From: Lama guanicoe
Taxonomy: Eukaryota
Length of the DNA: 64,000 nt
NCBI GenBank assembly: GCA_013239625.1
Contig: MU053472.1
Span: forward strand, 2,949,822-3,013,821
Direction: 5' to 3'
The stretch's first letter is position 1. Each line of letters begins with the position of its first letter. The position numbers and the translations under genes are program-made. Shown here piece by piece: positions 1-13,127 of the stretch. The notes beneath the pieces are model-generated. The model ran no database searches, was not told the origin of the DNA, and was given only the letters and a program-made list of their open reading frames with translations.

Positions 1-1719
1 AAAAATGCAGAAGGCACGTTGCTTTTCCGGCTGTCCTTCCCACACTGCTGTTACCTTCTCTCTGTCCCTCTCTCTCTCCCCCTTTATTCTTGAAGACAAC
101 ATACGGAACATATTTGTGTTCCTTTTCCCTAACTATTCCCTCAAAATAATCTAATTAATTAAAATTAAAATTGGCAGAAGTCTCACAGTAAATTCAGGAT
201 TTGTATAGGAAAATCAAAAACCATATCACACACAGTTATGACAATCTCAGTAAGTTTATCCTCTGACTACACAATATTTTGACAATCCATCTTTAATTCC
301 TTTCCCAGTAGACTTGTCATTTTCTTTAACTTATTATCTTTCCCCAGATGAAATTCTATTATTGGTTTTACCTCAATGCAAATAGGTAGATGCTACCGAG
401 GCAAAAACTATAAATAAGAAGCTGAAGAAGCAGAACAAGGTGTATCAGCTGAACTTCTCCCTTCGGGAGGAGAACTCAGTGCTTTTCTATCTAACAATCA
501 ATCAGAATACAAAACTATCACACAGGAAGGGCTTTTGTAACAACAATCCTCAGAGCTGAAGCAGGGGAATAAAGCTTTACGTGTCATATACACATAAAGT
601 ACCCCTTACTTCTCAATATCACAGTTAAAACAATTAAAAACTTTAAAACACAATGTTAGATTAATATTGTTTCATTTTAAGGCTTAAAAATATTTAAGAG
701 CCCTCACTTCATTGTTTGACTTCTAAAGCAGTATCTATACCAAACATTGTGTACAGTTAACTAGAGCAAAAAGATTACTAAAAATGGTGACAGTATCATC
801 ATTTCGATGTTTAAAATCTTTATTCAGTGTTAGATTTGAGAATACCAACTGGTCTTACCGATAAGTATGTAATAAACTAAATCAGGTGATCTACAATGAC
901 TAAGACCCAAGCCAGAAAGGACTGTTTAACCTACAAAGACCATATACGCACTTTAAAGCAGCTGGAAATCCGATACACATTTTTGGGTGTAACAAGACCT
1001 CAGTAAATCACATGCTCAAAAACTGAAGCTGCATTTTGCAGCAGCTGAACTTCTTGATGATCTAAGTTTAAAAAGGAAGTCTAGATCATATGTGCATATA
1101 TAGCAAGAGCATCTCTCTCAGGATGAGTAAGAAACTGGCAGTGATCGCTGCCTCCAGGTATCAGACCTGGGGACGTGTTTAGGACAGGAAGACTTGCTTT
1201 TCACTTAGTTCCTTTTCTGTTTGAATTTTCAGCTACTGATGTATATTAGGAATGGTGGTATGAGGAGTTAGGTGAAGCTGCACTCTCAGAGACATCTGTT
1301 AAACTAGTCAAAATTACCAAAGATAAATATTCAAAGCTTCTGGAGATTGAATCTATGGCTTTCAGTAAGAACAGCAGGAAGCACTGCATTCAAGTAGGAA
1401 CCAGTTCCCAGCACCTCCCATTGCAAGCTTCTGCCCTATAGGGAGGGCCCAGCTGGGGCAGCCAGAGAAGACCAGACGTTCCCAATCAACCCTCAGCTCC
1501 TGCTCCACAGCACAGAGGTTCTTCCCAGGGGAGAGCAGGAACAAGTACTGTCAAAGATTGGCAATACTCTGCCCCTGCTGAGGTGCCCAACTTTTATCTA
1601 GATAGAACTATGGAGCAATTTGTGCCCCAGGGGACTTTCAAAAACAACAGAGCAATCAGATACCAATCAGTGGAGACTAACAGCTCGGTGTGATACAAAC
1701 AGAGGCAGACCAGCCAAAC

Positions 1720-4534
1720 TTCTCTTAATTACAATTCTCTTTATTTTGGGGGGGGGAGTGGAATTAGTTTTATTTTTATTTATTTTAGTGGAGGTACTGG
1801 GGATTGAACCCAGGACCTTGTGCATGCTAAGCACGCACTGTACCATAGAACTAGACCCTCTCCCTTAAAATTATTTTTATTAAAGTAGTGTTGATTTATA
1901 GTATTAGTTTCAGGTGTACAACACAGTGATGCAGTATTTTTAGATTATACTCCACTTAGAGTTACTACAAACTAATGGCTATATTTCCCTGTGCTGTACA
2001 ATATGTCCTTGTTGCTTATTTTATACAAAGTAGTTCCTCTTTTGACTTTAAAATCCCCTTAAATTTTATTATTTTAAAAAATATTTTTTATTGAAGTGTA
2101 GTCGATTAACAATGTTTCAGGAGTACAGCAAAGCATTTCATCTATACATATATAGGTATTTTTCCAAATGTTTCTTTTATAGGTCATTAGAAGAAACTGA
2201 GTATCATTCCCTGTGCTATACAGTAGGTCCTTGTTGTTTATCTGTTTTACATATAGTAATGTGTATCTTTTATTCTCAAACTCCTAAACTATTCCTCCCC
2301 ACCTTTCCCCACAGTAACCAGTTTGTTTTCTATGCCCATTGAGTCTATTTCTGTTTTATATATAATAGTTTCTATCTCTTAATCCCACACCCCTATCTTG
2401 TCCATCCCTTCTTCCTTCTCCCCACTGATAACCACCAGCTTATTCTCTGTATCTGTGAGTCTGTTTCTGTTTTGTTACATGAATTCATTTGTTTTATTTT
2501 TTTTAGACCACATATAAGTGATAGGATACAGTATTTGTCTTGCATCTGTGGTGCTAGGTGAGAGTGAGATGTCAAGGACTGAAAAATATTTTGTTGCCTA
2601 AAAGAAAGAAAAAAACCTCTTTGTAGGCATCTTAAATATGAAAAAAAAAAGTACAGTATTTGTCTTTCTCTGACTTATTTCTCTAGGTCCATACAAGCTG
2701 TTGCAAATGGCTGAATATTATCCTTTTTATGGCTGAATAATATTCTTTATCCATCATCTGTTGGTGACCACTTAGGTTGCTTCCGTATCTTGGCTATTGT
2801 AAATAATGTATGGCTATGGCTATGATCACTGGGGTGCATGTTATCTATTCAAAGTAGTGTTTTCAGTTTCTTCTGATATATACCCAGAAGTGGAATTGCT
2901 GGATCATAAGACAGATCTATTTTTAGTTTTCTGAGGCACCTCCATACTGTTTTCCATACTGGATGAATCAATTTACATTCCCAATAGTATACTTGGGTTC
3001 CCTTTTTCTCCACATCCTTGCCAATATTTGTGATCTGTAGACTTTTTGATGGTAGCCATTCTGACAGGTGTGAGGTGATATCTCACTGTGGTTTTGATTT
3101 GAATTTGTCTGCTGATTAGCGATACTGAGCATTTTTTCATGTACCTGTTGGCCATTTGTATATCTTCTTTGGAAAATGTCTATTCAGGTCTTCTGTCCAT
3201 ATTTTAATCAGTTTGGTTCTTTTTTGATATTAAGTTTCATGAGCTATTTATGTATTTTGGATATTACCCCCTTATCAGTCATATCATTTGCAAATATTTT
3301 CTCCCATTCAATAGGTTTTTTTGTCTTTTTGTTTTGTCAGCGGTTACTTTTCTGTGAAAAAGTTTTTAAGTTTAATTAGATCATACTTGTTTATTTTTGT
3401 TTCTTTTGCCTTAGGAGATAGATCTAAAAAAATATTGCTATGACTTATGTCACAGTGTTCCGCCTATGTTCTCTTCTAGTTTTATGGTTTCTGTTCTTAA
3501 GTTTAGGTCTTTAATCCATTTTTAGTCTATTTTTATAAATGGTGTGAGAAAATGTTCTAATTTCATTCTTTTATACATTCTTTTTCATACACTCTACATG
3601 TATGGAACCGTCTAGTTTTCCTAGCACTTATTAAAGAGACTGTCTTTTCTCCATTGTACAGTCTTGCCTTGTATGTTGTAGATCAACTGACATTAAGTGC
3701 ATGGGTTTACTTCTCAGCTCTCCATTCTGTTCCATTGATCTATGTGTCTGTTTTTGTGCTAGTACCATGCTGCTTTGATTGCTATAGCTTTGTAGTATAG
3801 TCTGAAGTCAGGCAGTATGTTACTTTCAGTTTTGATCCTTTTTCTCAAGATTGCTTTGGCAATTTGGAGTCTTTTGTGGTTCCATATAAATTTTAGGATT
3901 ATTTGTTCTAGTTCTGTGAAAAATGTAAGGGGCATTTTGATAGGGGTTGCATTAAATCTATAGATTGCTTTGGGTAGTATGGACATTTTAACATTATTAA
4001 TTCTTCCAACCCAGGAACAAAAGATATCTTCCCACTTCTTTGTATTGTCCTCAATTTCCTTCACCAATGATTTATAGTCTTCAGAGTACAGGTCTTTCAC
4101 CTCCTTCGTTAAGTTTATTCCTAGGTATTTTTATTCTTTTTAAAGCAATTTTAAACACATTATTTTCTTGCTTTCTCTTTCTGATAGATCACTATTACCA
4201 TATAGAAAAGCAACAGATTTCTGAATGTTAATCTTGTAACCTGCAACTTTACTGAATTCACCTATTAGTTCTAACGATTTTTTTAGTGGAGACTTTAGGG
4301 GTTTTCTATGTAAGGTTATCATATCATCTGCAAATAGTAACAGTTTTACTTCATCCTTTCCAATTTGGATGCCTTTTATTTCTTGTCTGACTGCTTGCTG
4401 TGGCTTGGATTTCCAATACTATGTTAAACAGAAGTGGCTACAGTGGGCATCCTTGTCTCGTTCCTGATTTTACAGGGAAAGCTTTCAGCATTTTACCACT
4501 GAGTATGACATTAGCTATGGGTTTGTCATAAATG
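1720..4534 (-). mobile_element. 5'-truncated LINE-1 (ORF2 3' part plus 3'UTR) with nested insertions
   Basis: Degraded ORF2 peptides ([32 protein letters not shown]); flanked by AGACCAGCCAAAC 1707-1719 / AGACCAGTCAAAC 4535-4547. Confidence 0.9.
1742..1864 (-). mobile_element. tRNA-Ala-derived SINE (Vic-1-like)
   Basis: Reverse complement of tRNA-like head with B box GGTTCAATCC and AT-rich tail. Confidence 0.88.
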
Positions 4535-5670
4535 AGACCAGTCAAACATTTAGCAGAGAGATCTGAGAAATTTGCTAAAACCAAAGCTGTCCTGATGTTC
4601 TGGAAGGCTGCAGATGCCCAAGGTTGTACCTTCTGAGGAGCAAAAGCAAAGGGAATGTCTGAGCCTCTGGTCTTTGGCTGAACATAGGACAAACTCATAA
4701 ACTCCTTGAACTGTGAAAATCGTCTCCAAATCACACAAAACAGACCCAAACAGTAAAGGGTGAAAACAACAGTGTCTTAAGGGGCTCGGGTACAACCCCT
4801 GACCCAACAGTGGCTGACCTCTGAAGTTGAAATGTACAATAAATAGAATGAAAACTTCAGTAAGTGGGGCTTGACAGCAGGTCTGGGCTGGTAGAAGAAA
4901 GAAGCAGCAAAATACAGATCAAGAGACATCATGCAATCCAAAGAACAGAGGGGAAAAACAATGAAGAAAAATAAGCAGTCTTAGAGAAATGCGGAACATC
5001 TTTAAGCACACCAACACATGCATGATGAAAGTGCCAGAAGAAGAGAGAGCATAGGGCAGAAAAAATTTTGAGGAAATAATGGCTAAGAATTTTCAAAATT
5101 TGATTAAAAAATTAATCTACACATTCAAGAGGCTTAATGAACTCCAAGTAGGATAAAAACAAAGCAATCCACAGATATATTATAGCCAAAACACTGAAAG
5201 CAGCAAGACAAAAATGACTTACTGTGTACAAGAGAACTTCAATAAAATTAACAATTGATTTCTCAACAGAAATGATGGCAGCCAGAAGACTGTGGGATGA
5301 TATATTTATAATGCTGAAAGAAAACAACTGTCAACTAAGAATCCTATATCCAGCATAATGATCTTTCAAAATGAAGGCAAAATAAAGCCATTCCTGGATA
5401 ATGAAACCTGAGAGAATTTGTTGCCAGCATACCTGCCTTACAATGAATAAAAAAGGAAGTTATTCAGGACGAAAGGAAGTAACACAAGAATGACACTATA
5501 AAAGAGCACTAGTAAAAGTTACTATGTAGGTAAAATTTTTAAAAAGTGTATAATCATTATTTCTTCTATTCTTTTATGCAATTTTAAAAGAAATTGCATG
5601 AAACATTATCTATAAAATTGTATTGCTAAGCCTATAACAGAGAAATATAATATATCTGACAACAGCAACA
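4535..5670 (+). mobile_element. Old L1M 5'/ORF1 remnant (probably continuing from ~1300-1719)
   Basis: A-rich ORF1-like sequence (aactgtcaactaagaatcctatatccagc; gagagaatttgttgccagcatacctgccttaca). Confidence 0.7.
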
Positions 5671-7210
5671 CATGTTACTACCTATTTTTTTTTAAAGAGG
5701 CCTAGGTCAGTATCTAAAGAAAATAAATCTAATTCTAACAAAACAACAGAAAAGGCCACTCACTGCTTTACAGTTACATTTTCATTGTGTGGAATATTTA
5801 GAAACACTGATAAATCTGTGTTATCTCAGTGCTTTGAGGGTAATTCAAGTGTCATATCCATTAACATCACTCACATCAAGTGCTTCACAAAGGCAAGACT
5901 TACTGAAAAATTTCCCATCAAATCAAAGCACAGAACACAAGACATAGTCTTATTGGCTATTATCTCAATATATTGTAAAGAATTAGACTGCCTTCTGTCC
6001 ATAGATACCAAGGCCAAGTATTAGGCTAGCAAAGGGAAGCCTCCCTTTTCCTTGAGTGTCTACACATGCAGTTCACTTTCAGTGTATTCCTAAAGTGTAG
6101 GTCCCAAATAAAGGCCTTCAAGATATCAAAAGCCACCTCAAGGACTTGATAAAAACCAAAGAACAGATACTTAAAACCTAAGACCTCAACCACATGAAAG
6201 GCTTAAAAAAAAAAAGTCAACAGCCCACCCATAGACAGAGGATTCTAAGTAAGAATTTAAAAACCAACACCTGGACTTCTACTTCTAGCTCTAGAGAGAC
6301 TTAATTTTCCTTTTCTTGTCTTCTTTCAAAAACATAGGAATATTTAAATGAAAAATTATAATACTATATTGTGGGGTTTATAATGTATGTAAATTAATAT
6401 ATATGACGACAATCACACAAATGATGGGGAGTAAATGGAACTAAACTATTGCAAGGTTTCTTCTATTTCACATGAAGGAATAAAATCTTAATTTTGAGTA
6501 AATTTTGATTAAAGATGTATATTATAACCCCTAGAGCAAGGATATGTTAAGAGATAGCAAAAAGTCAACAAAGGGTTCAACACAATCCCTATCAAAATTC
6601 TTAGCAAGCTTACTTTGAGGAAACTGAGACGCTGATTCTAAAATTTATATAGAAGTACAAAAAATATAGAATAACCAAAACAATACTGAAAAAGAAACAG
6701 ACTGTGATTTCAAAATTTATCAGATTTCAAAATTTATCACAAAGCTACATAATCAATACAAAGTCGGCAGTGACATAAAGATAGACAAATAGATCAATGG
6801 ACTAAAATAAAGTCCAGAAATAGATTAGTACACATATACTTTCCATAGATTTTTAACAAAGGAGCCAAAGCAATTCAATGAGGGAAAGTAAGTTTTTTCA
6901 ACAAATGTGCTGAAACACGTGGATACTCACAGGAAAAAAAGTAACCTAGACCTCTACCTCACACCACAGACAAAACTTAATTTCAGATGGATCACTGTCC
7001 TAAACAGAATGGCTAGAAATTATAAAACTCCTAAGTCAAAATATCAAGAGATATAAGAAGGATATTTTCACTATCTTGGGGGAAGAAAAGAATTACATAC
7101 TAAAAGCAATAACCACCAAAGGAAAAAAAACTGATATATTAGACTTCATCAAAATTCAAAACCTCTCTCATCAAAAGACATCTTTAAGAAAGTAAACAGA
7201 AAAAGCCACA

Positions 7211-7339
7211 GGGGGGAGGATATAGCTCAGTGGTAGAGTACATGTCTAGCATGTAGGAGCTCCTGGGTTCAATCCCCAGCACCTCTATTAAAACAAATAA
7301 ATAAATAAACCTAATTACCCACCCCGCCACTAAAAAAGA
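7211..7339 (+). mobile_element. tRNA-derived SINE (Vic-1-like)
   Basis: A box TAGCTCAGTGG, B box GGTTCAATCC, tail aataaacctaattacc, TSD agccacag. Confidence 0.9.
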
Positions 7340-7566
7340 AATAGCCACAGATTCTACCATTGAGCTATATACCCTCCCCTCGGAAAAAATACATGCAACT
7401 CATACCTAACAAATAACTTATAACTAGAATAAAGAATTCCCAGATTCAATATATATATATTTTAAATTTAAAACATAGGCAAAAAAAAAAACATAGGCAA
7501 AAGATTATAATAGATACTACACAAAGAAGACAGCTAAATGACCAATAATCACATAAAAAAGTGATC

Positions 7567-7690
7567 GGGGGAGGGTATAGCTCAGCGGTAGAGCATGTAC
7601 TTAGCATACACGAGGTCCTGGGTTCAATCTCCAGTATCTCCATTAAGAAATAAATAAATAAATAAACCTAATTACACCCCGCCCAAAAAA
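7567..7690 (+). mobile_element. tRNA-derived SINE (Vic-1-like)
   Basis: A/B boxes and the same tail motif. Confidence 0.9.
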
Positions 7691-9883
7691 AGGAACCCAA
7701 ATTATTACTCATCAATAAAATGCAAATTAAAACCACAAAGAGGTATCCCTAATATATAATAGAATATACAAAGTAAAAGTGACTGGCAACACCAAATGCT
7801 GAGGAGGACATGAGGTGCAAGCTGCACTCTCAAACACAGCTGATGGGATTTTTAAATGGTACAGTCACTTTTCAGAAAGAGTCTGCAATTTCTAACTAAA
7901 CTCAATAATGCAACTATTTCTTTCTTAGGTATTTACCTAAGAGAAATTAAAAATGAAAAAGACTTGCACAAATGCTTTCAAGATGGCTGTATTCATAAAT
8001 AGCACCAAACAAGAAACAAATCAATAGGATAATGGATAACCTAATTTCAGTATGTTCAAACAACAGGATACCACTAAACAGTAAAAAGAACAAAGCATCG
8101 ATACATACAAGAAGATGGGCTAATCTCACATACAATATTTTGACCAAAAGAAGCCAAACACAAAAAAACACAAATTGTATAATTATATGTATACTTAAGT
8201 TTCAGAAGAAGCAAACTAGCCTTTAAAAAAAAAAAATCAGGGAAGTGGCTGGCTTGGGAGGAAGTGGGATGGGATCTAGGAAGGGGCACTGAGAGAATTT
8301 TCTGGAGTGATAAAACTGTTTCATATCTTGACAGAAGTGTGGGTTACATACGTGAACACATTTCACAAAATTCAGTGACTTATATACCTAGGATTTATAC
8401 TTTTCACTACATGTAAATTTTACCTCAAAAAAAAAAACAAAACTGTAAGCAAATATTGAACTCTAGTTATGTAATAAGGCTGCCTTTCACAGTGGTATAG
8501 CTTAGCAATTCTGAAACTACTTCTGTATCCTCTAGGGACAACGGGCAATACGTATATGGATTCTGGACTAGATAACAGTATTGTATCAATGTTAACTTTC
8601 CTAATTTTGATAAATGTACTATGGTTAAATAAGAGATTGCTCTTGTTCTTAGTAAATACACATGTAAATATTTTGTGGTAAGAGAGCACAATGTTTCCAA
8701 TTTACTCTCAATTGATTCAGAAAAAGATATAAAATGCATTTTTATAAATATATACATGTATACATGCACACATATAGGGAAAGAATAAAACAAATGCAGC
8801 AAAATGTTAAAGACTGCAGAAGCTAGATACAAGGCACAAAAGAGTTCCTTCAATATTCTTTCAATATTTCTGTAAGTTTGAAATTGTATTACAATAATAC
8901 GTTACCCTTCCCCCCAAAAAGGCTAACACCAGACTGTTTCATCTATTTAAGTATTCCAAAAGGAAAAACATTTCCTTTTTCTTAATCGAACTCCCTGGTT
9001 TTACAAATGAAAAATGAAGTCCAGAAAGACTAGGCCAATAGTCAGATAATTAGGTAGCAGTGGAAAGTTAGAATCCTGATCTCCTGACTCCCACTTCAAT
9101 ACTCTGTAATCGTTTCTAGAGTATTTTTAGCATTGATATTACCTAATGAAAGCCCGTCAACCTTATTTAACTGCATATAGTATTTTACGAGAAAAAATGT
9201 AATTGCAATTAGGGGTACTATTAGAATCAAAATTCTGACACTGAAAACTACACTGTAATCTATTTGGGATAGGTAGCACACTGATTATAAACTACAGAGT
9301 ATTTTTATAGAAAAACATACCCTCCATTATAATCATTGCAATAATAAACGAACCTGGACCCAGCACTCACGGCCATAAAGCGATATGGCTAATGAGATAA
9401 CACACTCTATTGTTAAGTTCTGGTTGCAGGCAAGATACACAATCTACTCAGAAGTTCCTGGGGGAGAAAAATATTGTGACAACCACTGCCCCCACCAACC
9501 CCACTGGAAGAAAGCAAACCTGACACATGATGAACTAAGGTGTTTTGTTGTGCCCTGTACTGACACACCAAGAAAGGAAAGAAACAGAATAAACAAAAAA
9601 GACGTGGAAACCTCAAAACAAATCTCTAAGGGTACAAGGGCTGAACTACCATTTCTTTTGATTCTAGAAAAAAAAGGTTAATATATTACTAAGGTACTAC
9701 AACAGGGCAAAGGTTCACCATACTATCTTCCTTTACTAGTGAAAGGAAATTAACTCTCAGCCAGGAACAATATATACTCTCTACTCAAAAACCAAGTTAA
9801 AGGATAACAGAATGAAAAAGTTGTTTATCTTCAGTTTCATGTCCCGCAGGGCTAGATGTAAGCAGTCAAAAATGTTCATTAGT

Positions 9884-9980
9884 GGGAGGGGAGGGTATAT
9901 AGCTCAATGGTAGAATATGTGCTTAGCATGCAAGAGGTCCTGGGTCCAATCCCCAGTACATCTATTAAAAATAAAAAACA
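9884..9980 (+). mobile_element. tRNA-derived SINE (Vic-1-like)
   Basis: A/B boxes, A-rich tail, TSD aaatgttca. Confidence 0.9.
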
Positions 9981-10009
9981 AATGTTCAGTGAATTACTGG
10001 AGATTGAAA

Positions 10010-11025
10010 TAGATATTCCATGTACATGTATAGGAAGATAACACTGTCAAGATGTCAATTCCTTCCAGAACTCTTAAAACTCAACAATAAGAAAACAAAC
10101 AACTCAATTAAAAATGACCAGAACAGACAGATCATCAAAGAAGAAATACAAATGGAATATAAGCATATAAAAAGATTGTTAACATCGTATGTCATCAGGG
10201 ACCTGCAATTTAAAACAGAAACAAAATATCACTCCACACCTATTAGAACGGCCAAAATCCAAAACACTGACAACACCAAAAGCTGGTGAGAATCTGAAGC
10301 AACAAGAATCTCAGATTCATTGTTGGTGGGAAAGCAAAATGGTGTAGACATTTCGGAAGATACATTTGGCAGTTTCTTACAAATCTAAACGTATTCTTAT
10401 TATACAGTTCGGCAATGAGCTAAAAATCAATGTTCACACAAAAATCTGCACATGGATGTTATGGCAGCTTTATTCATGACTGCCAAAACTTGAAAGCAAA
10501 CAAGATGTTCTTCAATAGGTGAATGGTTAAATTCCACAGAATGGAATATTATTCAGCAATAAAAAGAAATGAGGTATCATGCCACAAAAAGACATGGAGG
10601 AATCTTAAATGCACACTGCTAAGTTAAAGAAACCAATCTGAAAAGGCTATATACTGTATTATTCCAACTACATGGCATTCTGGAAAAGGCAAAACTATGG
10701 AGACAGTAAAAACAACAGTGGTTACTAAGGGCTTGGGGGAAGGGATTTAGGGATGAACAGGTGGAGCACAGGAAATGTTTAGGGCAGTGAAACTACTCTA
10801 TGATACTGTGATGGTGGATATGTGTCATTATGGATCTGTCAAATCCCATAGAGTTTATTACACAGTGATTTTAGTTAATAATAATGTATCAATATTGGCT
10901 CATCAGTTGTAACAAAGGTACCACACCAATGAAAGATGTTAATAATAGTGAAAACTGTGTGTGTGCACCTTCCCTCAATTTTTCTATAAACCTAAAACTG
11001 CTCCAAAAAATAAAATCTATTAATT
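10010..11025 (+). mobile_element. L1MC-like 3' fragment
   Basis: ORF2 C-terminal-like sequence and 3'UTR ending aaaaataaaatctattaa. Confidence 0.85.
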
Positions 11026-11058
11026 AAAACAAAAACAACTCATCAATAAACTTCTTAC

Positions 11059-11216
11059 CAGGTCTAATGAAGACATTTTCCACAGACAGCATTGCTGCTA
11101 TTGGAAGTAACAGATCCTCACAGTCCAGAGAAGCAGCCTTTATTACTGCACATGTCAGATGTGGAGGAAGAGGAAATTCTACCATAGACAAACCCAACCT
11201 GGTCACATGGCCACTC
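11059..11216 (-). CDS. DHX40: DHX40 exon 12 (HA2 domain); gene continues beyond window start
   Basis: AG/GT flanks, 158 nt, [21 protein letters not shown]...VENVFIRP; no further DHX40 exon recognised in 1-11058. Confidence 0.96.
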
Positions 11217-11827
11217 CTTAATAGAAAGAAAAGGTTAAGTCTTTCTAATTGGGAGAGTACAAATGAAATGCTCATCATTCAGAATAAATCAGACATAATT
11301 TAGATTACCTTAAGTCACCTCCAGAAATTCAATTCAATATAAGAAACATGATACACTGTGGTCATTGATAAGAGAAATATAAAGATGATAAACCTTCTGT
11401 CCAGGGCCAATATATCCGAAAAACTAAATAAGGAGGCAGAATAAAGTAGTATAATAAAAGACACAAAATGCTACAGAAACAGAGAAGATGTCCTTGAAGA
11501 TATGAGACAGTGATAATTATCAAATCTCTTCCCATCACACAATCATGAGTACAAGGATTCTGGCTCTCTTTATCATTTTGATGTACCAAACATAATGCCT
11601 GGCATTGAAACGGTTCTCAGAAATTACTTGTTAAGTAATACCAGTATCAAACCAAAACAGGTTTATGGTACATTTTCAGAATTATGGTGAAGAAAGGTTG
11701 AGGATGAATCCTAATTTCAGGTGAGACAATCTATCCAATTCAAACAAATCACTCTGTACTGATAAAGGAAAGTATTATGAACTCTATTTTAAAAAGCAAT
11801 TAACATCTGTTGTGGTTGGTTTTTTAC

Positions 11828-11908
11828 CTGTCAATAGCATCGCACTGGTAAAGTTGCTTAAGAGCTTCCAAAATAAGTCTCTCATTAGGTGGATCCAAAT
11901 AGGGAAAC
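11828..11908 (-). CDS. DHX40: DHX40 exon 11
   Basis: AG/GT flanks, 81 nt, [27 protein letters not shown]. Confidence 0.96.
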
Positions 11909-12926
11909 CTGTGTGTTTAGATGAGATATAAAATGAAATTCCATTCCTTGAACATGGTAAGATTTTATACACACTTGAAAATTCCCTTAAAATGTTTTAC
12001 TTCTCCTTCTATTTTTCAAGTCTTTCTTTTCCCTTTCTTTTTTCAAGAAGTATTCTATGGTCATGATCAACATTCAGCAAAGGAGGAAACAGTTTTTTCT
12101 GAATCATACTCTTCCATTTAATTCAAGAAGTACTTCCTTTCTGATCCCCCTTATCTGGAACATTCTCACCACTCCTCTCTACTTATCTTAATCTTTCCCC
12201 ATTCTTTATAGCCAATATCAAGTCTGCTCTGTTCTAGTCTTTATTCTTTATCTCTACTCTGTTCTACAGTCTTTTTTTTTTTAACAGTCTTTATTCTTTT
12301 ATTCTTTGTTCTGCAGTTTTTATTACAACATTATAAAACAGTGAAGGAGAATTAACTGAAAGTGGCCAAAAGCTACAAATTATTTAATAGTACCTCAAAA
12401 TGGTTTTTGATAAAATGGTAAATATTTTCAATTAATTTTACCAATTTACTTTATGTATGTGTATATACTCATTTTCTCCCTATCTGCAAACAAGCTGCAA
12501 ATATAATGCCAGTTTGCCCCCAAAATATTTCTGCTTGTATCCCCTGAAAATAAGGACACTCTCTTATTAAATAAGGACACACCACAATATCATTAATTAA
12601 CATGACAATTAATAATATTCACACAGGATATAACCAAGCATGAATATACATTTTTTTCCATAGGAACAATAATTACTTAGTATTATCTGCACTGGATTAT
12701 TTTTTCCATCATTGGTCTTGAGAGGATAAATCATCTACTCCAATTTCTCACCTTGAAAAAAAGGTGCAAAAAAGGACAAAAGGTCCAACACCTTACATAA
12801 ATGTCCATGCCAGGATTGACAGCTCTACTTAAAGACAAATAAACAAACAAAAATCTGGTAGACTGTTGCTCTATAGGCAGCTTTCCTACAATCTGTACCA
12901 ACAAGGCCTGGTATCTCCTAGAGCAA

Positions 12927-13127
12927 AAGTTGTCAAGCACTTTCTAAAGAAGACCGGATAGTAAATAGTTTAGGTTTTGCAGGCCATATGGTTTCTGTCA
13001 CAATTACTCAACTCTGCTGCTGAAGTAAAACAGCCATACATAAATGAATGAGCATGGCCGTGTTCCAACAAAATTTTAGTGACAAAAACAGTCAATGAGT
13101 CCGGATCATATTTTGCCAATGACTGTC
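12927..13127 (+). mobile_element. MER58A-like hAT-Charlie MITE
   Basis: Recognisable core gtaaatagtttaggttttgcaggccatatggtttctgtcacaattactcaactctgc. Confidence 0.8.

Larger units (their letters stand above)
6340..8900 (+). mobile_element. Old L1M ORF2/3'UTR fragments
   Basis: ORF2-like segments (caatccctatcaaaattc, gatagacaaatagatcaatgg, agacttcatcaaaatt) and L1MC/ME-type 3' ends. Confidence 0.8.

Noticed and set aside
9300..9670. Possible minus-strand cryptic exon (acceptor ~9665, donors ~9368 and ~9320)
   Set aside because: Boundaries ambiguous, no coding signal, no way to support it from sequence alone
1..11058. DHX40 exon 13 and later
   Set aside because: No sequence encoding the expected continuation (VDPEYQKEAE..., from memory of the human protein) was found; presumed outside the window
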